Positions 59,701 through 64,000 of a stretch of DNA of 64,000 bases are shown here, piece after piece. The DNA is from Candidatus Latescibacterota bacterium (lineage in GTDB: Bacteria; Latescibacterota; UBA2968; GCA-2709665): positions 2,112,001-2,176,000 of the forward strand of contig OZ220733.1 of NCBI GenBank assembly GCA_965116875.1, in the 5' to 3' direction. Position 1 is the first letter of the stretch. Every line of letters begins with the position of its first letter. Under the pieces are notes generated by a model. It had not been told where the DNA came from and made no database searches. It worked only from the letters and a program-made list of their open reading frames with translations. The translations under genes were made by a program, and so were the position numbers.

Positions 59701-59765
59701 CGGTTCGACTCCTGGCGGAGCCGAACAGAGTATCACAGAAAGTGGCTGGCACTCGACTATTTTTC

Positions 59766-60182
59766 CTACGCGCCCAAACGACACGCCTCATCCATTTTCG
59801 CAAGATGGGCAGCGAAGTCGCAGTACCGGGAAACCGCACGGCCTTCCCGCGTCGTTGTGTCCGCCAGATCACGGGACAGGACACGTATGCCGTCGCGCAG
59901 CACATGGTAGTACAGAGCCGGAGGGGCCTGGTTCAGGATCAGGAGATCGATATCGTTGCTGTTGAGGCCGGCCATGATCTCCGTGATGAGTTGCGCCCGG
60001 TACCCGTATGCGCCTTCTTCAGCGATCAATTCATCGATGTATACCGCAACGTCAATATCGCTGTGGGGCTGTGCCCGGCCGAGCGCGTGAGATCCGAACA
60101 GATACGCCTCAAGAACCTCCGGCCGAGGTTCGAGTACGCTCGCGATTCGCTGTTCCAGGATCTGGCAGGGTATTATTTGCAC
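59766..60182 (-). CDS. Minimal nucleotidyltransferase (MNT antitoxin type)
   Basis: AYLFGSHALG...SDIDVAV...IDLLILNQAP. Start uncertain. Confidence 0.88.
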   Translation of the reverse strand: MQIIPCQILEQRIASVLEPRPEVLEAYLFGSHALGRAQPHSDIDVAVYIDELIAEEGAYGYRAQLITEIMAGLNSNDIDLLILNQAPPALYYHVLRDGIRVLSRDLADTTTREGRAVSRYCDFAAHLAKMDEACRLGA

Positions 60183-60508
60183 GTCGATTGTCCGCGTCGT
60201 AAAGGAAAACTCTCGCCGGCAATTCACACATTTCCTGCCGGCCATATCCGAAACATATAGGAACCAGCGGCAAAGTTTAAGTGTCGTAGGCACCCAGATG
60301 TTCGAGGCGGAAGCCCTTGAGGTAGTGAATTGGGATTAAGTGGCCAGGGAGTTCGAAAGGCCCACGCCGAATAACTCGACACATGGTTGTAGAATTAGAC
60401 GAACGGGGAGACCTCGGAAGAGAACGCCGTCGGAGAAGGGCCGTATTGAACGTCCTTCCGCAATCGGTACCCATCTAGCATGTCATGAATTCACTTGGCA
60501 AGTAAGCA

Positions 60509-63500
60509 ATGAGAATAAAGGGCATAGATTTCCCGAAGCAAGTACTGAACGCTTTGCGTGACGACAAGCTAGTCGTTTTCGCTGGTGCCGGAGTATCGAT
60601 GGGAGACCCGGCAAATCTTCCGAGCTTTAAGGATTTGGCAATCGCGATCGCTCACGGCACTGGTGAGACTTTGCGGGATCACGAGCCTGAAGACCAATTC
60701 CTGGGCAGGCTGGCACACAACGATACGCGTGTCCATGAACGCGCCAGTGAAGAACTTTCACGAGACTACCCCCAACCAACCGAACTACACCGCGATCTGC
60801 TGCGGTTGTACACCACAAGGGGTTCGCCCAGAATCGTCACCACCAATTTCGATCTATTATTTGAAACGGCAGCCAAGGGTGTTTTTAAATCGGAACCGGA
60901 ATCCTTCAAGGCTCCAGCACTGCCATTGGGTAGAGAGTGCAACGGGATCGTCAATGTCCACGGCACTCTCGACCGTCCAAATGGAATGGTACTCACTGAC
61001 AAAGACTTTGGCCGCGCGTATTTGACCGACGGATGGGCGTTGCGTTTTCTCGTCGAATTATTCCAGACATTTACGGTTCTATTCGTGGGTTACAGCCACA
61101 ACGATACGATCATGAACTATCTGGCGCGGGCATTGCCGGTAGAACAGGCCGAAAGTCGTTTTGCGCTCACGAGCGAGGACAACGACAGCCGATGGGAGTT
61201 CCTCGGCATCAAGCCAATCCGTTACACCCAATCGCCGTGCAAAGGCCATTGCGCACTTTACGCGGGCGTAAGCGGTCTCGCTGATTACGCCAGCCGGAGC
61301 ATTCTGGACTGGCAACGCGAGATAACGGATATCGCAGAGAAACCCCCGCCGCTCGACGAAGAAGAAATAGATCTCATTAAGGAGGCGCTGAGAGACGCGA
61401 CTAAGACGCGCTTCTTCACTGCTGCGGCGATTTCAGTTGAATGGGTCGATTGGCTCGACAAGCGCCATCATCTCGGCAACCTCTTTGGTACCAGCGATCT
61501 AAGTGAACGAGATGTGTTATTGGTAGAGTGGCTCGCCGAGAAATTCGTACGCAGGCATCCAGATGAGCTTTTTCTGTTGATCGGACGGCGGTATTTGCCG
61601 CCGCATCCGAAATTTTGGGAAGCACTTTGTCGATCTATCGCGTTACGGGACGATGAGGCGATTGATGCAGATACTTTGTCCCGCTGGGTTTCCCTTCTCC
61701 TTGCTACTGCTCCCGCAGGATTGGAAACAAAGCATCCGTTGTTTTGGTTGGGAGAATGTTGCGCACAAAACGATCTTTTGATTCGCACCGTCGATGTTTT
61801 CGATGCGATGGCGGCAAGTCGCATGGTTGTAAAACGAGCTCCTTCGTGGCCCGATACAGACGAGGAAGAATTGAGTCCCCGTATTGATATGGAAGTTGGG
61901 TCTGCGAGCGATCACTCCACGATGAACAAACTATGGACTGACCATTTGAAACCAAATCTCGATCGTGTAGCTGAGCCGTTGCTTAAATCCGTTGTTCGGC
62001 ACTTGGAGGTACAACACCTGACATTCGAGGCATGGCAGAAGGCGACACGCGATTGGAGTCCGACAAGTTTTCACCGAAGCGCCATTGAACCCCACGAACA
62101 GGACGAATACTCTCGGGCTGTCGATGTCTTGATCGATTCTGCACGCGACAGCCTGGAATGGCTTGCATCTAATCAGCCGGAGAAGGCAGGGCAATGGTGT
62201 GATAGACTCGCAAGTGAGGAGTCACCGCTTCTTCGCAGACTGGCGGTGCACACGTTGTCAATCCGCAATGATCTGAATTCCAACGAAAAAATCGGATGGT
62301 TATTAGATTGCATGGATCTTTACGATCACACCGCGCATCATGAGCTTTTTGTCTTCTTGCAAAAAACTTACCCGCAAGCCGGCCAACGCCATCGAACGGC
62401 TGTCATAAATGCCGTTCAGGCCTATCGCTCGCCGGAAAAGAAAGATAAGGACACGGAAACCATAACTGCCTACCGTCACTTCACATGGCTCGATTGGCTC
62501 CAAAAGTCGGCACCCGATTGCTCGTTGGCCAGAAAAGCTCTAAGCAATGTGCTGAGTCGCTATCCAGAATTCCAGCCGAGCGAACGCCCTGATCTAACTC
62601 ACTGGATTAGTTCCGCCACCGGTGGCCATCAGAGCCCATGGACCGTGGACGAGCTTCTTTCGAAACCTGCTGACGAGTGGGCCGGAAAACTATCGTCATT
62701 CCAGGATTCAGGAATTCATGAACCAGACCGTCTTGGGCTTAACTTAGCGGTCTCAGAAGCAGCTAAGACGGATTTCGAATGGGGACTCGATTTGGCGGAT
62801 GCGTTGGCAGCGCAAGGCGCTTGGGAAACTGAATTGTGGAATTCATTGATCCGGGTGTGGTCGGAGTATAAACTCGACGATAATACGGCTTGTAATGTAC
62901 TAAAGCGATTGGAAAGGAACGAACTACACGCAAAATACGCACCTCCAATTGCCGATTTTCTTTTTTCTTTTATTAGAAATCGCGACACCCAGCTTGTATG
63001 CAAGATTCTGCCAAAAGCGAACGAGATAGCCACGAGCCTACGACGTCATCTCGAACCTGGGCCTGTGGCGTTTCATTTTGATCATTGGCTGACACGCGCA
63101 AGAAATCATACTGCCGGGATTCTCGCATATTTCTGGCTACATAGCCTTGACAATTGGCGGAGTCAGCAAGAACCCAAGCCAAAAGTCCTGAACGACGTAT
63201 ATCTCAAGGCTTTTTCGAGCATCGTAAAAGATGAAACGGTCCTTGGAAGATTGGGGCGTTCGGTTCTTGCTCGTTATTTTTCCTTTTTGCTTGCTTCCGA
63301 CGAAGAATGGACAAAATCGAACCTACTTCCCTTGTTTAGCAATTACGCCGAAACGGAAGACTATATGGCGGTTTGGGATGGGTTCCTCTATGGAAATCTC
63401 AGTTCCAGTTCTGCTGAACTCGTGAAAGACCCTGTACGTGAGGCCGTTTCCCGAATCGTGAATGATCCATTGAGTGAGCGTCAGCAACCCTTCATACGCC

Positions 63501-64000
63501 GATATGTGACCCTGCTAACGTACTTTGTTAACGATCTTCATGGAGACTGGATTCCAAGGTTTTTTGCTCACGCTGACGAATGTGCACGGCGCGCCTTCGC
63601 AGGGCATATTGGTGACCGTCTCAGCGATATGAGCGATGTTCAGCAGCGGGAATGGTGGGATCGCTGGCTCAAGCAATATTGGGCCAACCGGGTGAAAGGT
63701 ATTCCAAGGGGCCTCGACAGCGTTGAAGTCGAATCCATGCTTCGCTGGCTGCCCAATCTGGAGCCGGTCTTTGGCGACGCGGTTGATTTGGCAGTCCAGT
63801 TGCCAACGAAGAATGCGAAACATGATGGTGAAGTGTTACATCGGATAATTGAAAGCGACCTGTGCGAGAATCAACCACAATCCGTGGCCGAATTCCTGAT
63901 TTATCTCGGAAAGACGGGTACAGAAAACTTCGCGAGATCTGAGGAAAAACGACTCATCGACATCCTCAGTCGAGCGAAGCTTCCCGATGAACTAACGCGA
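60509..64000 (+). CDS. SIR2-like domain protein, Dsr1/DUF4020-like anti-phage sirtuin; runs off the window end
   Basis: Not in the ORF track because no stop is reached. MRIKGIDFP...LVVFAGAGVS, IVTTNFD, NVHG, LFVGYSHND, and near the C-terminus WWDRWLKQYWANR. Same frame where spot-checked (1164 codons). Confidence 0.85.
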   Translation, partial: MRIKGIDFPKQVLNALRDDKLVVFAGAGVSMGDPANLPSFKDLAIAIAHGTGETLRDHEPEDQFLGRLAHNDTRVHERASEELSRDYPQPTELHRDLLRLYTTRGSPRIVTTNFDLLFETAAKGVFKSEPESFKAPALPLGRECNGIVNVHGTLDRPNGMVLTDKDFGRAYLTDGWALRFLVELFQTFTVLFVGYSHNDTIMNYLARALPVEQAESRFALTSEDNDSRWEFLGIKPIRYTQSPCKGHCALYAGVSGLADYASRSILDWQREITDIAEKPPPLDEEEIDLIKEALRDATKTRFFTAAAISVEWVDWLDKRHHLGNLFGTSDLSERDVLLVEWLAEKFVRRHPDELFLLIGRRYLPPHPKFWEALCRSIALRDDEAIDADTLSRWVSLLLATAPAGLETKHPLFWLGECCAQNDLLIRTVDVFDAMAASRMVVKRAPSWPDTDEEELSPRIDMEVGSASDHSTMNKLWTDHLKPNLDRVAEPLLKSVVRHLEVQHLTFEAWQKATRDWSPTSFHRSAIEPHEQDEYSRAVDVLIDSARDSLEWLASNQPEKAGQWCDRLASEESPLLRRLAVHTLSIRNDLNSNEKIGWLLDCMDLYDHTAHHELFVFLQKTYPQAGQRHRTAVINAVQAYRSPEKKDKDTETITAYRHFTWLDWLQKSAPDCSLARKALSNVLSRYPEFQPSERPDLTHWISSATGGHQSPWTVDELLSKPADEWAGKLSSFQDSGIHEPDRLGLNLAVSEAAKTDFEWGLDLADALAAQGAWETELWNSLIRVWSEYKLDDNTACNVLKRLERNELHAKYAPPIADFLFSFIRNRDTQLVCKILPKANEIATSLRRHLEPGPVAFHFDHWLTRARNHTAGILAYFWLHSLDNWRSQQEPKPKVLNDVYLKAFSSIVKDETVLGRLGRSVLARYFSFLLASDEEWTKSNLLPLFSNYAETEDYMAVWDGFLYGNLSSSSAELVKDPVREAVSRIVNDPLSERQQPFIRRYVTLLTYFVNDLHGDWIPRFFAHADECARRAFAGHIGDRLSDMSDVQQREWWDRWLKQYWANRVKGIPRGLDSVEVESMLRWLPNLEPVFGDAVDLAVQLPTKNAKHDGEVLHRIIESDLCENQPQSVAEFLIYLGKTGTENFARSEEKRLIDILSRAKLPDELTR

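Overview
GC-rich bacterial chromosomal window. The dockerin-like DFDGDGxVxFxDF C-terminus, giant WD40 protein, several PhyH dioxygenases and Oar-type TonB receptor suggest a Latescibacterota/Gemmatimonadota-like lineage (inference only). Left part: a folate/thymidylate neighbourhood (FolC fused to a RimK-like ATP-grasp ligase, rpmB, rimO-folA-thyA), a heparinase II/III-like protein, and a 4-unit tandem array of REP-flanked RAYT transposase copies (one full-length pseudogene plus three internally deleted copies). Next come a CbiX/Moco-domain fusion and a 1.4 kaa WD40 protein bracketed by two homologous, promoter-driven hairpin ncRNA candidates. Centre: a complete phosphate/polyphosphate cluster (phoB, phoR, ppk1, ParA-family ATPase, CHAD protein, porin, pstSCAB, phoU) with a four-repeat Pho box and MITE-like intergenic elements. 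Right part: coxD/coxE/xdhC-like maturases, pspA, PhyH genes, vapBC, radical SAM, a ferredoxin-HTH fusion, a TonB receptor, and the edge of a lower-GC defence-like island (orphan AAA ATPase, orphan MNT, SIR2/Dsr1-like protein running off the window). No rRNA, tRNA or CRISPR array was seen. Best novelty candidates: the twin ncRNAs, the FolC-ATP-grasp fusion, the RAYT tandem array and the ppk1-ParA-CHAD module. All calls come from reading motifs by eye; no searches were run.
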